This document shows positions 1-9,363 of a DNA stretch of 64,000 nucleotides, in pieces. The DNA is from a virus. The notes under the pieces were generated by a model. That model had not been told where the DNA came from, ran no database searches, and saw nothing but the letters and a program-made list of their open reading frames with translations. The translations under genes were made by a program, and so were the position numbers. The first letter of the stretch is position 1. Each line of letters opens with the position of its first letter. The stretch lies in IMG/VR virus record IMGVR_UViG_3300032272_000002, positions 105,743 to 169,742 of that record. The stretch is one strand, 5' to 3'.

Positions 1-632
1 TCTGCAATCAAGAACACGTTCGCCTTACGACACTCGCGAATCGCAGTGAATTGCGGTACACCAAAGCCAGTCTTAATACGTGTGGAGCACACGCTACCAG
101 GACCCACGCCAACCTTGATAGCATCAGCTCCCTTATCGGCGAGGTATTCAGCACCAGTAGCATGACACACGTTACCGCCGATGATGAATACCGAGCTGTC
201 AAACTCTTTCATCGCCGTAATCATATGCCCCACCGGCTTACTGTGGCCGTGAGCCACATCCACGCAGAAATACCTGGCACCCACTTCGTAAAGTGCATGA
301 AAACGATCAAGCCCTTCATTGACACCAAGTGATACCACGGCTTCTTGACGCATCGGACGCTCGTTAGGAATAACGCGGTGAGGAGCCACGGCCTCCTCAT
401 ACATAGTTACATTATCTTCAATAGAACAAAAGCGATGCAGAAAGCCCAGGCCACCCCTTGCTCGCATCGTGCGGGACATGATGGAGCCTGTCACCGTGTC
501 CATATTAGCTGAAAAAATTGGAGCAGCCAACGTAAGGTCTCCAAACTGAACACTAGTGTTCACGTCTTTGCGGCTCGCAATATTATTGTATCGCGGGACT
601 AGCTGGATATCGTCGAAGGATAGGGCTTTCAT
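1..632 (-). CDS. IMP dehydrogenase / GMP reductase family protein (CBS-less), 3' end outside window
   Basis: Not in the ORF track because it has no stop in the window. Manual translation from the ATG at 632 (ATGA overlap with the upstream gene) gives [13 protein letters not shown]...[11 protein letters not shown]...VDVAHGHS...GGNV...[26 protein letters not shown], which contains the catalytic Cys loop of the IMPDH/GMPR family. guaB versus guaC cannot be resolved. Confidence 0.9.
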   Translation of the reverse strand, partial: MKALSFDDIQLVPRYNNIASRKDVNTSVQFGDLTLAAPIFSANMDTVTGSIMSRTMRARGGLGFLHRFCSIEDNVTMYEEAVAPHRVIPNERPMRQEAVVSLGVNEGLDRFHALYEVGARYFCVDVAHGHSKPVGHMITAMKEFDSSVFIIGGNVCHATGAEYLADKGADAIKVGVGPGSVCSTRIKTGFGVPQFTAIRECRKANVFLIA

Positions 633-1327
633 TTGCGTCTCATCAAATACTCAGCCAACGGCTGAATGTGGTCTTGCGGCGTACTGCCGTCTGCTTCGAA
701 TACTTGGCCAACAAAATTGCAGCCATCCCGCTCGGTAGGGAACGGAAGCCTGTGTGATTCAAGTGCAAAAAACTCATCGTGGACCATCGCGTCGTCAACG
801 ACGCGAGGATATACTACTGCTTTGAGAAAATCTTGATCTGTCTGCCAACGATCTTCCTGATTCCAAGCAGACATAAGGTCTCTAAAAATAGGCAGACAAT
901 CTTTCTTCATGCCCCACATACCACCAAGGATCTGAGTCCCGTGATAAGGGTGGTCACGCATAATATGAAAGCCTTTATCGCTATCGAGCCATTCTTGAAC
1001 GGCTAGTGCTTCCCGCTCACTAAGGCGTGAATCGGTATCACGCAGAATCACGGCATCAAACTTGTTCTGACACACTGGCAAGAAACGCCAAAACATTCCA
1101 CGCCAATCTCCGCGAGCTTCCATTGAGATAATACGAGACAACTCATTTACCTCTCGGATCTGTTGCAAGTACGGCTCTAGTACGGGAGTTTCTTCACAGT
1201 GACCAGAGACGTGAAACCAACACTCCCAGTCAGGATAAAACTCTTTAGCAAGACGAGCGTTCTCAACCGCCCCCTGCAAGTATTTGGGATCATCGCCCCA
1301 GAAGCTAAAGCTAATTATCTTCTTCAT
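629..1327 (-). CDS. putative GT-A-like glycosyltransferase
   Basis: ISFSFWG N-terminus, MFWRF, DxD motif (RDTDSR), HIMRDHPYH, GGMWG and DQDFL; lies in the GT cluster. Confidence 0.6.
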   Translation of the reverse strand: MKKIISFSFWGDDPKYLQGAVENARLAKEFYPDWECWFHVSGHCEETPVLEPYLQQIREVNELSRIISMEARGDWRGMFWRFLPVCQNKFDAVILRDTDSRLSEREALAVQEWLDSDKGFHIMRDHPYHGTQILGGMWGMKKDCLPIFRDLMSAWNQEDRWQTDQDFLKAVVYPRVVDDAMVHDEFFALESHRLPFPTERDGCNFVGQVFEADGSTPQDHIQPLAEYLMRRK

Positions 1328-2429
1328 CTAAAATCCACTGATACATACTGCCTAATTTACTAGCAATACAAGAAGCTTCAAAATCACGCATGGCACGGCG
1401 GCGGGCCTCGCGGCCAAAGTGCTCTCGTACATTGGCGTGTTCTACTAACTGACCTAGCACCTTAGCGTAACCATCAGTATCGCCCACGGGGACACAGAAG
1501 CCGCCCGACTCGATGATCTCTGCTTGACCATTGTAGGTGCCAGAGTAATGTGAGACAATAGGAAGGCCGTGCATCATGGCCTCTTGAATATTACAGGGAC
1601 AACACTCGCCATCGCTACGGGCGTGAGCATAGATGTCCAGGCCCATGTAGAATTCGGACAGCTCGTCGTCCTCAATGATGGGGCCCAGGAAGTGGACATT
1701 ATCTAATCTCAAATTCTTGGCCATCTGACGCCAGTTGTCACAAGGGTTAACTACAAGGTAAAATGCCTTGTCCGAATCAACCTTCTTGAGAGCCTGGAGG
1801 GCGATAGGATCAAAGTTGTCAGCTCTACCTACGCGGCCCATAATCACAGCATCATTAGGCATACCGAAACGACGCAATAGCTTCTCTCTACATGCTAAAC
1901 GATTCTCTGGTGTCATATCTAGCACTGGTAATTCAATAGGATTAAAGAGGACGGGGCCTTCTTGGTTGCCAGCCTTGAGTGCTGAGTTCTTGATAAATTC
2001 AGAAATATAGATATTCAAATCAATCTGGCTGGGATTGGTTGCGTCGTTAAAGCCAAAGATGTTGGTCTCTACCCACTTCGCTCGCGGACAGATACTACGT
2101 ACCGCTGGCCATTCCGCAAACCCGCTACGATGAACGTGAATGATGTCTGGATCAATATCTTCTAATACTTGATCTAGGTTGTGGGCTTCAGGCAGATAGG
2201 GTGCGACCTTACCTGAGCGACCTGGCACCCACTTGTAAGGAATAACGTGATCCTCTCCTAGCCAACCCTGGACAATCTCTAGACGCTCGTTCTTGTCGCA
2301 TTCTCTATAAACGATATATACGTCAAACCTATCGTCTTGGGCGAGGTACTTACACATGAGCTGGGCCGTTCTGTCTGTGCCAGCAAAGCCCACGCTTTTA
2401 CTATGATGTACAATTTTGATCTTATCCAC
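1311..2429 (-). CDS. GT-B (GT4-like) glycosyltransferase
   Basis: N-terminal GFAGTDR; C-terminal DIYAHARSDGECCPCNIQEAMMHGLPIVS (E-x7-E motif) and GGFCVP. Confidence 0.88.
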   Translation of the reverse strand: MDKIKIVHHSKSVGFAGTDRTAQLMCKYLAQDDRFDVYIVYRECDKNERLEIVQGWLGEDHVIPYKWVPGRSGKVAPYLPEAHNLDQVLEDIDPDIIHVHRSGFAEWPAVRSICPRAKWVETNIFGFNDATNPSQIDLNIYISEFIKNSALKAGNQEGPVLFNPIELPVLDMTPENRLACREKLLRRFGMPNDAVIMGRVGRADNFDPIALQALKKVDSDKAFYLVVNPCDNWRQMAKNLRLDNVHFLGPIIEDDELSEFYMGLDIYAHARSDGECCPCNIQEAMMHGLPIVSHYSGTYNGQAEIIESGGFCVPVGDTDGYAKVLGQLVEHANVREHFGREARRRAMRDFEASCIASKLGSMYQWILDEEDN

Positions 2430-3504
2430 TTACTACCTCTCGATAAATGCTCTCTAATTTTTTAACGCAAGCAGAGACGTGGTATTGCTCTTTGGCCTTA
2501 CGCACACCCTCTACCCCCATACTGACACGGAGAGCTGGGTCGTCAATGAGTTTCTTGAGTGCTTCTGCGTATTCGCTTACGTCGTTCTCGACAATAAAAC
2601 CTGTCTTGTCATGGTCTACTAATTGAGTCTGTGACTGAAAAACTCCCATGCCGGGAAAGCTCGGCGTAGCCCAATGTGTCACGACTGGTTTAGCATGAAT
2701 CATGGCCTCAGCAATGTTAACCCCAAACGTCTCTCCGTCCGCTCGTGCGTGTGCATAGATATCTACCGTATTGTAGAATTGACTAAGTACTGACGCAGTA
2801 GTGGTCGGGGAAATAGTGTGAAAAGGGATATCATACTTAGCAAGGTCATCGATCATGTTGGACGGCGGGGCCACCACTAAGAAATGAATCGGGTACCCCT
2901 GCATTCTGAGTAGATGAGCAGCACGCACGCTGACCGAATTATAGATACCATTGTCGGGGCGGCCACAACGACCAAGAACAATGGCGTCATCAGGAATGTC
3001 TAGTCCAAGCATCACTTGAGATGCGGGATCCTCCACGGGGTTATTCACAAAGTCAAAGCGTCTGGCGGGCATGTTATGTCCGACACCGTTTAATTGAGAT
3101 AGAGAATAATTCATTAGCCACTCGCTCATATATAGCGTGCGGTCAATCCTGGGGTTAGGGTCGATGTGCCCGAACACATTTGTCTCTACAAAGTGCGGGA
3201 CCTGAACGTGGAGACCGGGCTCGGGAAACTGCTCGAAGCCGCTGCGGTAGACATGCAGAATATCAAATCCATTCTGGTAAATAACGTCCTGTAGATCGGC
3301 ACTGCTCTGTAGGGGGAACAGGCTGCCGCGACACACTTTGGACGCCATAACGAACTCGTCGAGCCGCGTCATGTCTGCGTCGGCCTTATACGCTACGCCA
3401 ACCTCGAACTGGGTAGAGGAAGAGTGCTCAAAGAATAGCTGAGCAGTCTTAGTCGTACCGCCAAGATCTAGGTTGTCTAGGTAGTGTAGTACCTTGATTT
3501 TCAT
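2422..3504 (-). CDS. GT-B (GT4-like) glycosyltransferase, paralogue of 1311..2429
   Basis: LDLGGT, ETFGVNIAEAMIHAKPVV, TGFIV. Start placed at 3504 (ATGA overlap with the upstream stop). Confidence 0.9.
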   Translation of the reverse strand: MKIKVLHYLDNLDLGGTTKTAQLFFEHSSSTQFEVGVAYKADADMTRLDEFVMASKVCRGSLFPLQSSADLQDVIYQNGFDILHVYRSGFEQFPEPGLHVQVPHFVETNVFGHIDPNPRIDRTLYMSEWLMNYSLSQLNGVGHNMPARRFDFVNNPVEDPASQVMLGLDIPDDAIVLGRCGRPDNGIYNSVSVRAAHLLRMQGYPIHFLVVAPPSNMIDDLAKYDIPFHTISPTTTASVLSQFYNTVDIYAHARADGETFGVNIAEAMIHAKPVVTHWATPSFPGMGVFQSQTQLVDHDKTGFIVENDVSEYAEALKKLIDDPALRVSMGVEGVRKAKEQYHVSACVKKLESIYREVVSG

Positions 3505-4334
3505 TTCCATTTCTTTCCTGTGTGCATATGTGCTACCCACTCATCCTTAGATGGCCTCTCATCAAACTCTTTGAACTCTTTAGCATGCTTAAGATGATTC
3601 AGGAAATTGTGAGGATAAAACTCTGAGATGGACGAGTAGGTCTCCCAGTTGTTGGCCCACTTATTGCTGTTCTCGATGGAATCAGGACGCTGCACATAGA
3701 TCGTTAAGATCTCCTGCACTGATAAGCCCTCGTACCCCTGGTTCATAAAGTAAAGCCAGAGCCAGTAGTCAAATGCGGAACGATACTCGGCTGCACGCAC
3801 ATGCATCAGCTCCCAGTTGAGTGAGTCGCGGAACTCTTGGTCGTTACGCCACACCACCTGTGGGCCGCCCCAGCACTCACGAGTCATTACCTCGTAATCC
3901 CAGGCGGGCTTGATGCCACCGGCCACGGTCTTACCGGACTCGTCCACAACGTGGATGCCACCGTAGGCAAAACCCAGCTTACCGAGAAGCTCAACATTCC
4001 GCTGCTCGAACTGTTCGCTCATAACCTCTGTGAAGCGAGGATAGTGTAAGTCGTCTGTATTGCTATTACATACTAAGGGTGCGGACGCCGCCTTCCACGC
4101 ACGCAGCCAAGATTCACCATACCACTCACGTTCGTTGTGATATATGTACTTGACACGCTCGTCGGCTGCTTCCCACTTACGGGCGATCATGTCGTCCGTG
4201 CCTGGTGAGTTAGGGTTAACGATTATGATCTCAAAATTGGGATCAGTCTGACCCTCTAGTAAATTGGTCATATGACGATCAAGGAAATGACCGGAATCAT
4301 ATGTAGAAACTAGGTAAGAAATTTTAGGGTTCAT
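3501..4334 (-). CDS. GT-A (GT2-like) glycosyltransferase
   Basis: KISYLVSTYDS, FEIIIVN.NSPG, NSNTDD (DxD-like) and FDYWLWL. Confidence 0.85.
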   Translation of the reverse strand: MNPKISYLVSTYDSGHFLDRHMTNLLEGQTDPNFEIIIVNPNSPGTDDMIARKWEAADERVKYIYHNEREWYGESWLRAWKAASAPLVCNSNTDDLHYPRFTEVMSEQFEQRNVELLGKLGFAYGGIHVVDESGKTVAGGIKPAWDYEVMTRECWGGPQVVWRNDQEFRDSLNWELMHVRAAEYRSAFDYWLWLYFMNQGYEGLSVQEILTIYVQRPDSIENSNKWANNWETYSSISEFYPHNFLNHLKHAKEFKEFDERPSKDEWVAHMHTGKKWK

Positions 4335-5350
4335 ACTTCTACGCCGTTATGATAAGTATTCATAAACGGCTGTGACTGCTTCGTCATGCAGAGATAGATA
4401 TTGCCATAGTCCTGCTCTGCTAGCACTTGCTTGTAGAACGGATCTTCTGACCATAGCTCCTCATTGGGATAGTGGGTTGACGGCACATTTGCAATCGGGT
4501 GACCACTCATGATTTCAGGATGCTCTCCATCAAAGAATAGCAGCGGCTCAGTCTTGGCGAACCAGTCCTTGATCTTCTGATCGAACTTGGCATTAGCCCC
4601 ACCGTGAGCTGCTAGCTCTTTGGTGTAGTATTCCTGCTTACGCTTCATGACTTCATCCATATTCATACGGGCATAGCCATAGTGGTAGATGAACATGGGG
4701 ACACGCATCATGCCACGACGTGATTGATAGTGTGGCGAGAAGTAAGTACAGTGACCTGTCTCGTCGGTTACGACGGGGTGACTATTATACTTCATATTGC
4801 GACCACGCTTGAAGATGCGTTGATGCTGCGGCTGCCACTCAGGGCCAGGCACGGCAACGTGCTTGAAGTCGCGATAGAAGTGCAGGAACGTCGGCACGAA
4901 CTCGCAGATATGCGGGTGCAACTCAATAGCTTCCCTCAGCCTGCGAATATCAGCAGGCTGATAGAATTCGTCCGCATCATTGATGATTAGCCAGTCACCG
5001 GGGAATGACATATCAATGAACGTTTGCTTGATCTCTTCCAAGTTCTTCCAGGGCTTCTTGATCTGGAGAAAGACAACCTTCTTGTCGGGGTCGTGGTTCT
5101 CTTTGAAGTCCTTGATAATATCCACGGTCTTATCTGTCGAGTGGCCATCCTCTGTCGAGTTCGGTCGGTTCTCCACGGCACCCTCGATTACGATGATACG
5201 ATCTACCTCGTCATAGATGGAGCGTAGCACAAGCGGGGCGAACTCCTCCTCGTTGTGCATCTGAATACACTGGACAAGACGGGCGGGATTATTGACACGC
5301 TCAGCGATGGAGGCCATCTGCGGTACATAGATAGGCTGTTGTTGGTTCAT
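4331..5350 (-). CDS. GT-A (GT2-like) glycosyltransferase
   Basis: HNEEE, STDKT, DWLIINDADEF, RIFK and IYHYGY motifs. Confidence 0.85.
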   Translation of the reverse strand: MNQQQPIYVPQMASIAERVNNPARLVQCIQMHNEEEFAPLVLRSIYDEVDRIIVIEGAVENRPNSTEDGHSTDKTVDIIKDFKENHDPDKKVVFLQIKKPWKNLEEIKQTFIDMSFPGDWLIINDADEFYQPADIRRLREAIELHPHICEFVPTFLHFYRDFKHVAVPGPEWQPQHQRIFKRGRNMKYNSHPVVTDETGHCTYFSPHYQSRRGMMRVPMFIYHYGYARMNMDEVMKRKQEYYTKELAAHGGANAKFDQKIKDWFAKTEPLLFFDGEHPEIMSGHPIANVPSTHYPNEELWSEDPFYKQVLAEQDYGNIYLCMTKQSQPFMNTYHNGVEV

Positions 5351-5757
5351 AGTGCTCCTCCTAAATCGAAGCTATTTGTTACGGGTTCTGGCTCAGGAAT
5401 TTCTGGCTTAATATATGTACTAAGGGTCTTAACATCATCGGGAACGGTGTCGGTATAACACGTAATGTCAAGACTAATATCATGGTCTACCGAAATGAGA
5501 ACAGGTTGCATCTGACCAATAACTTGTTGCGTAACGTGATTCATAGAACAATGAATATCTAGCTTGGTGATCTGCATTCCATTGTTTGATAAGTACTCAA
5601 TGATTCGATCCTTATCTAGCTCGGCGTTATCAAGACCGTGAGCTTGAATGTCTGAAGTCGGACATTGGTCTACTGCCATACTAACGCTCTCGCTAGTTAT
5701 GGCATAACCAAGATTGTTTAGTAACACGTCAACAGTCTCCGGTAAAAGATTACTCAC
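5347..5757 (-). CDS. hypothetical protein ending FDLGGAL
   Basis: GTGA/ATGA coupling at both ends; upstream Shine-Dalgarno GGTGGAG. Confidence 0.75.
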   Translation of the reverse strand: MSNLLPETVDVLLNNLGYAITSESVSMAVDQCPTSDIQAHGLDNAELDKDRIIEYLSNNGMQITKLDIHCSMNHVTQQVIGQMQPVLISVDHDISLDITCYTDTVPDDVKTLSTYIKPEIPEPEPVTNSFDLGGAL

Positions 5758-6140
5758 AGTGCTCCACCGATTTCAAAGTCGTCATCCTCTTCTTCTACTT
5801 CGATAGAAGGCAGATCAATTCCGTGTCCGATTAACTTCCAGACACCGCCCTCAAACCGTTCAATCGTATTGGCTTCTTCATTGAATCGAAGAGCACCCTC
5901 GAATTCAAGACCATCAATCTGAATAATACCAGGAGTATTGATAGTGATACCAGTAGATGCTGGAAAAACAAATGGCGGCTGATTCAAAGGGTCAGGCGGG
6001 GGCCACTGAAAGCTATTAGGATCACCGCCAGTATTGTCTACGTATCTCCACTCAGGATTAACTCCCGTGCCGTCATGAAACGGCACGTCTTGCGGGTCTC
6101 CCGCTGAAAAACTCACGCTATTAGAATAGCTTACACTCAT
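5754..6140 (-). CDS. hypothetical protein with a tail-fibre-like motif, ending FEIGGAL
   Basis: Coupled overlaps at both ends; contains GALRFNEEANTIERFEGGVW. Confidence 0.75.
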   Translation of the reverse strand: MSVSYSNSVSFSAGDPQDVPFHDGTGVNPEWRYVDNTGGDPNSFQWPPPDPLNQPPFVFPASTGITINTPGIIQIDGLEFEGALRFNEEANTIERFEGGVWKLIGHGIDLPSIEVEEEDDDFEIGGAL

Positions 6141-6355
6141 AATGCTCCCCTTAAAGTAAAGACTTCTTCTTCTTCTGGAAGTTCCTCCATCAAGTCTTCA
6201 AAGCAACACTTGTTAAGTAACTTAGAAAACTCTAGCATAGATTCAGACGCCTGCTCCATCGTCAAACCCAGTTTGCGTAGATTCTGGCTCAGCTCCAATA
6301 TGTACTGGTGTGTCTGCTGCTGGCTGTTCTTGGGTGAAGATAATTGGTTCTCCAT
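6137..6355 (-). CDS. small acidic protein ending FTLRGAL (true start probably 6259 or 6238)
   Basis: Fills the gap 6137-6242, its stop overlaps the next ATG, and it has the same C-terminal motif as the two downstream ORFs. Confidence 0.55.
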   Translation of the reverse strand: MENQLSSPKNSQQQTHQYILELSQNLRKLGLTMEQASESMLEFSKLLNKCCFEDLMEELPEEEEVFTLRGAL

Positions 6356-7538
6356 TACTATACTGCTCCAAAATTTTCTCTAACTGAGGGGTAATCTTAT
6401 CATGAGTATCCTCATAATGGAAAGATGCTACCGCCTTGCGGCCATTCTCCTGCCGTTGCAGGACAGCATTCCACTCCTCTTGTTCCTCTGCCGTCAGAGT
6501 ATTCTGCATGGCTTTCCTGCGAAGCGTGTGGTATTTACGCATCAAGAAGGCCATCTGAACGGGGGACGGTTCGAAGCACTGCTCAACGCCAGTGAACAAA
6601 CCGGGGTCAGGATGATGCATGTCGAAGAAGAACGACTCAGAGCCACCATAGACCAAGGCGTGCTCGGGTCTCACAAAACCCTCAAGTCCGCTGCTCATAT
6701 TCGAGATCAAAACGTTGCCGTGACCTAGTGCGTCGAAAGGAGGAATACCCCAGCCCTCAGCACGAGACGAGCAAACGTATGCATGGCCACGATTATGTAG
6801 TCCATGAATCTCATCATCCGTCATGATGTCAACAATCGGCAGAACAGGCGGCAGCTTAGGTGCGGGGATACGACAGCCCTGCTTAATCTGTGCGATATAA
6901 TTCTTGATCGTTGCCATGTCCTGAGAACGATCTTGCATATTGATGTAAGTCTTAAGCACAAGCAAGACATCATCAGGAGCATCAGCAAAGGCAGCAAAGT
7001 AAGCTTTCAATAAAGCGTCTACTCCCTTCTTCGCTGACAATTGACAGATAGAATAGAAAACAGTGCGGTCTCCAGCGTTCTCTAATTTGAAGGGCGGGTA
7101 CTGCTTATCATACACTGCGAAATCGCAGGGCGGTGGAATCACTAGGATCGGCTTGGTGACACCCGAACGCATTAGGGCTTCGGCGTTGTGGCGACAGGGC
7201 ACAAGTAGGAAGTCAAACTCATTGGCCTTCTGTGCCCAGGTCATTTGTAGGCGATCACTCTCAAAGAACGTATAAAGTCCATTACAAATACCCGGAATAG
7301 GTACAGCTTCGACATTACACGTAGTCATCTGGATTGCCATGTCAACATCTTGCAAATCCTTTTTTAGTAAAGTGTCCAGCCACGGTTCGGGTACGAATGC
7401 GGTGTCTGCCCTGTCGTACTTGATGGGGCGAGCAGTCAATTCTATAGACTTTGAGGCGTGGAGGGCTCTTAAAAAGTTGCGTGAAGCGTGTGCAAAGCCG
7501 CTAAAGTCCAATAAAGGACCCGTAAATAGTAATTTCAT
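6243..7538 (-). CDS. GT-B (GT4-like) glycosyltransferase
   Basis: SGFAHASRN, KKGVDALLKAY and SSRAEGWGIPPFDALGHG; TAATG overlap gives the start at 7538. Confidence 0.88.
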   Translation of the reverse strand: MKLLFTGPLLDFSGFAHASRNFLRALHASKSIELTARPIKYDRADTAFVPEPWLDTLLKKDLQDVDMAIQMTTCNVEAVPIPGICNGLYTFFESDRLQMTWAQKANEFDFLLVPCRHNAEALMRSGVTKPILVIPPPCDFAVYDKQYPPFKLENAGDRTVFYSICQLSAKKGVDALLKAYFAAFADAPDDVLLVLKTYINMQDRSQDMATIKNYIAQIKQGCRIPAPKLPPVLPIVDIMTDDEIHGLHNRGHAYVCSSRAEGWGIPPFDALGHGNVLISNMSSGLEGFVRPEHALVYGGSESFFFDMHHPDPGLFTGVEQCFEPSPVQMAFLMRKYHTLRRKAMQNTLTAEEQEEWNAVLQRQENGRKAVASFHYEDTHDKITPQLEKILEQYSNGEPIIFTQEQPAADTPVHIGAEPESTQTGFDDGAGV

Positions 7539-9361
7539 TATACCCACTCCTGATTTGTTGCTGCCTGCGGGGCGGAAGGCTGTTGTCCAGCGATTGCCGC
7601 ACGAACATCTTGGCGGCGACGATCCGAATCGGCTTGCTGATTACCGATAGCAATAAACTGTTGTAATAGATTGTCGCGAGAGGTGCCACCGGCCAAGTGT
7701 TGTAACCACATCTTGGCACCAGCGGGATCAATCGCCGGATACTCTAGAACGTCTGTGTACAACCAGTCAACAAACTGTTCGTCAGTAAGACCATCGGGGA
7801 CGGGCTTAGAGTCAACGGTGGGGGCCGTCACAATGGGGCTATCCCATGTGTTTTCACGATCCAGCGGCTTAATTTGATCTAGGACAAACTCCCACTGTTT
7901 CCATAGCTCGTTCCAGTCGTAATTATCCTCCACACACTTACGGGCTTCGCCACTAAGCTTTTGACGTAGGGCTGTATCGGTCACCCATTCGTGCAGCTTG
8001 TCAGCAAGCTGATCGATGTTGGGCAACGCTCTCTTGCACGAGGTCTCGGGCTCGTAGTAATAACGGTCCACCTCAATCGAGCCGCCGCCCTTGTGGCAGC
8101 CATACTCCTCTGCTGAAATACCGCTCTCCTTTAAGTGAGAGTATTCTGCGGGGAACCTGCCCTTCTCTGCCATGGCCGTGTAATCCACAACAAGCGTGGG
8201 AACACCACAAGCCTTGGCTTCTTGGATGGGCATGCCATCACCTTCGCAGATGGAGCACTGCACGTAGATGTCCATAGCATTATACAGGCTGGCCAGTTCT
8301 TCTCGGGTATATCCCAAAGAGGTGTTCGGAGGCGAGCACTCTTGAGCACCACAATGAGGGCAGGGAAGCTTGATGCGACCGCCCTCTAGGGGACGATTCC
8401 AAAGATGGATAGCAAATGTGATAGACGTTTCGCCACAGGCTCCACACTTCATGGACTGTAAAACATCTCCACGAATACCCTTGCGTGCATTCTCCATCCA
8501 CTCATAAGAATCCAGACGCATGACGTGTCGCGGATAATCAAACGAATGTGCGTTGTCGGGCCACGACGAATGAATCATCAACACAGCCTTGTCCACCGCA
8601 TCATCACCCTTATACTTAATCTTCATGCGAGAGAACGCATCAATTAGATCAGGATAAAGTTTACGACTCTGGTTACGCATAACCGTACCGATCACCACAT
8701 TCTCAGACGTGAGATTGAAGTGTGCCTTGGCGTCTGCCTTGACGATAGGCTTGAACGTCGCAAGGTCTACACCAGGCCGCATCGGCTTGGGTAGAATCTT
8801 CATCTTGGGACGCACGCCTTGCTGGGTAGGGATTTGACTGGTCTGACGACGCAGCGTATGAATGCCATAATCAGAATAACAGAGAACTACGTTCGCGTTT
8901 TCATAGGTTTGAACCCACTCCTCTTGCTGAGGCTCAGCGTCCACAGTGGGCATGACTACCCACTTAAACCAATCGCGGAACACGCTTCTCTCCTGAAACT
9001 CAAGCATCCACCAGTCGCGAATATCTACCACGATATCAGGCTGGAAGTCAGCACAGGCTCCCTCGAATTTCCACTCACCAAACTGGTTGGTGTTCTGACC
9101 CCGCGTACGAGGATGAGGATTGGGCTGAGAAAAAACCTGTTGTTCTTCTGGGGTAGTCGGCATAGTGCCATAGAACTTCCAGCGACCATCAATAAACTCC
9201 GCTACGCGGGGATCATCTTGGCGAGCATATGAACCAAGCTCTGCAATTTCATACTTGCCAGTCTCTACTAGACGTGGTAATAGTTCTCGGTAGTAAGTAG
9301 AAAAACCAGTATGTAAAAAACTGGCTTCTCCTACGAATAGGATTCTCTTTTTTCTTTCCAT
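7538..9361 (-). CDS. GT-B (GT4-like) glycosyltransferase with Zn-ribbon insert and C-terminal DUF4214-like domain
   Basis: TGFSTY, MRNQSRK, LYNAMDIYVQCSICEGDGMPIQEAKACGVP; CxxC...CxxC insert; C-terminal TDEQFVDWLY..VL...DPAG..W...L..G.SR. Confidence 0.88.
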   Translation of the reverse strand: MERKKRILFVGEASFLHTGFSTYYRELLPRLVETGKYEIAELGSYARQDDPRVAEFIDGRWKFYGTMPTTPEEQQVFSQPNPHPRTRGQNTNQFGEWKFEGACADFQPDIVVDIRDWWMLEFQERSVFRDWFKWVVMPTVDAEPQQEEWVQTYENANVVLCYSDYGIHTLRRQTSQIPTQQGVRPKMKILPKPMRPGVDLATFKPIVKADAKAHFNLTSENVVIGTVMRNQSRKLYPDLIDAFSRMKIKYKGDDAVDKAVLMIHSSWPDNAHSFDYPRHVMRLDSYEWMENARKGIRGDVLQSMKCGACGETSITFAIHLWNRPLEGGRIKLPCPHCGAQECSPPNTSLGYTREELASLYNAMDIYVQCSICEGDGMPIQEAKACGVPTLVVDYTAMAEKGRFPAEYSHLKESGISAEEYGCHKGGGSIEVDRYYYEPETSCKRALPNIDQLADKLHEWVTDTALRQKLSGEARKCVEDNYDWNELWKQWEFVLDQIKPLDRENTWDSPIVTAPTVDSKPVPDGLTDEQFVDWLYTDVLEYPAIDPAGAKMWLQHLAGGTSRDNLLQQFIAIGNQQADSDRRRQDVRAAIAGQQPSAPQAATNQEWV

Positions 9362-9363
9362 GG

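Noticed and set aside
8-202. 64-aa minus-strand ORF in the track
   Set aside because: Out-of-frame shadow inside the IMPDH/GMPR gene (1..632).
5347-6140. GG near the C-termini read as a ubiquitin-like conjugation signal
   Set aside because: The third ORF has RG, no beta-grasp pattern is apparent, and no E1/E2/JAB genes are in the window.
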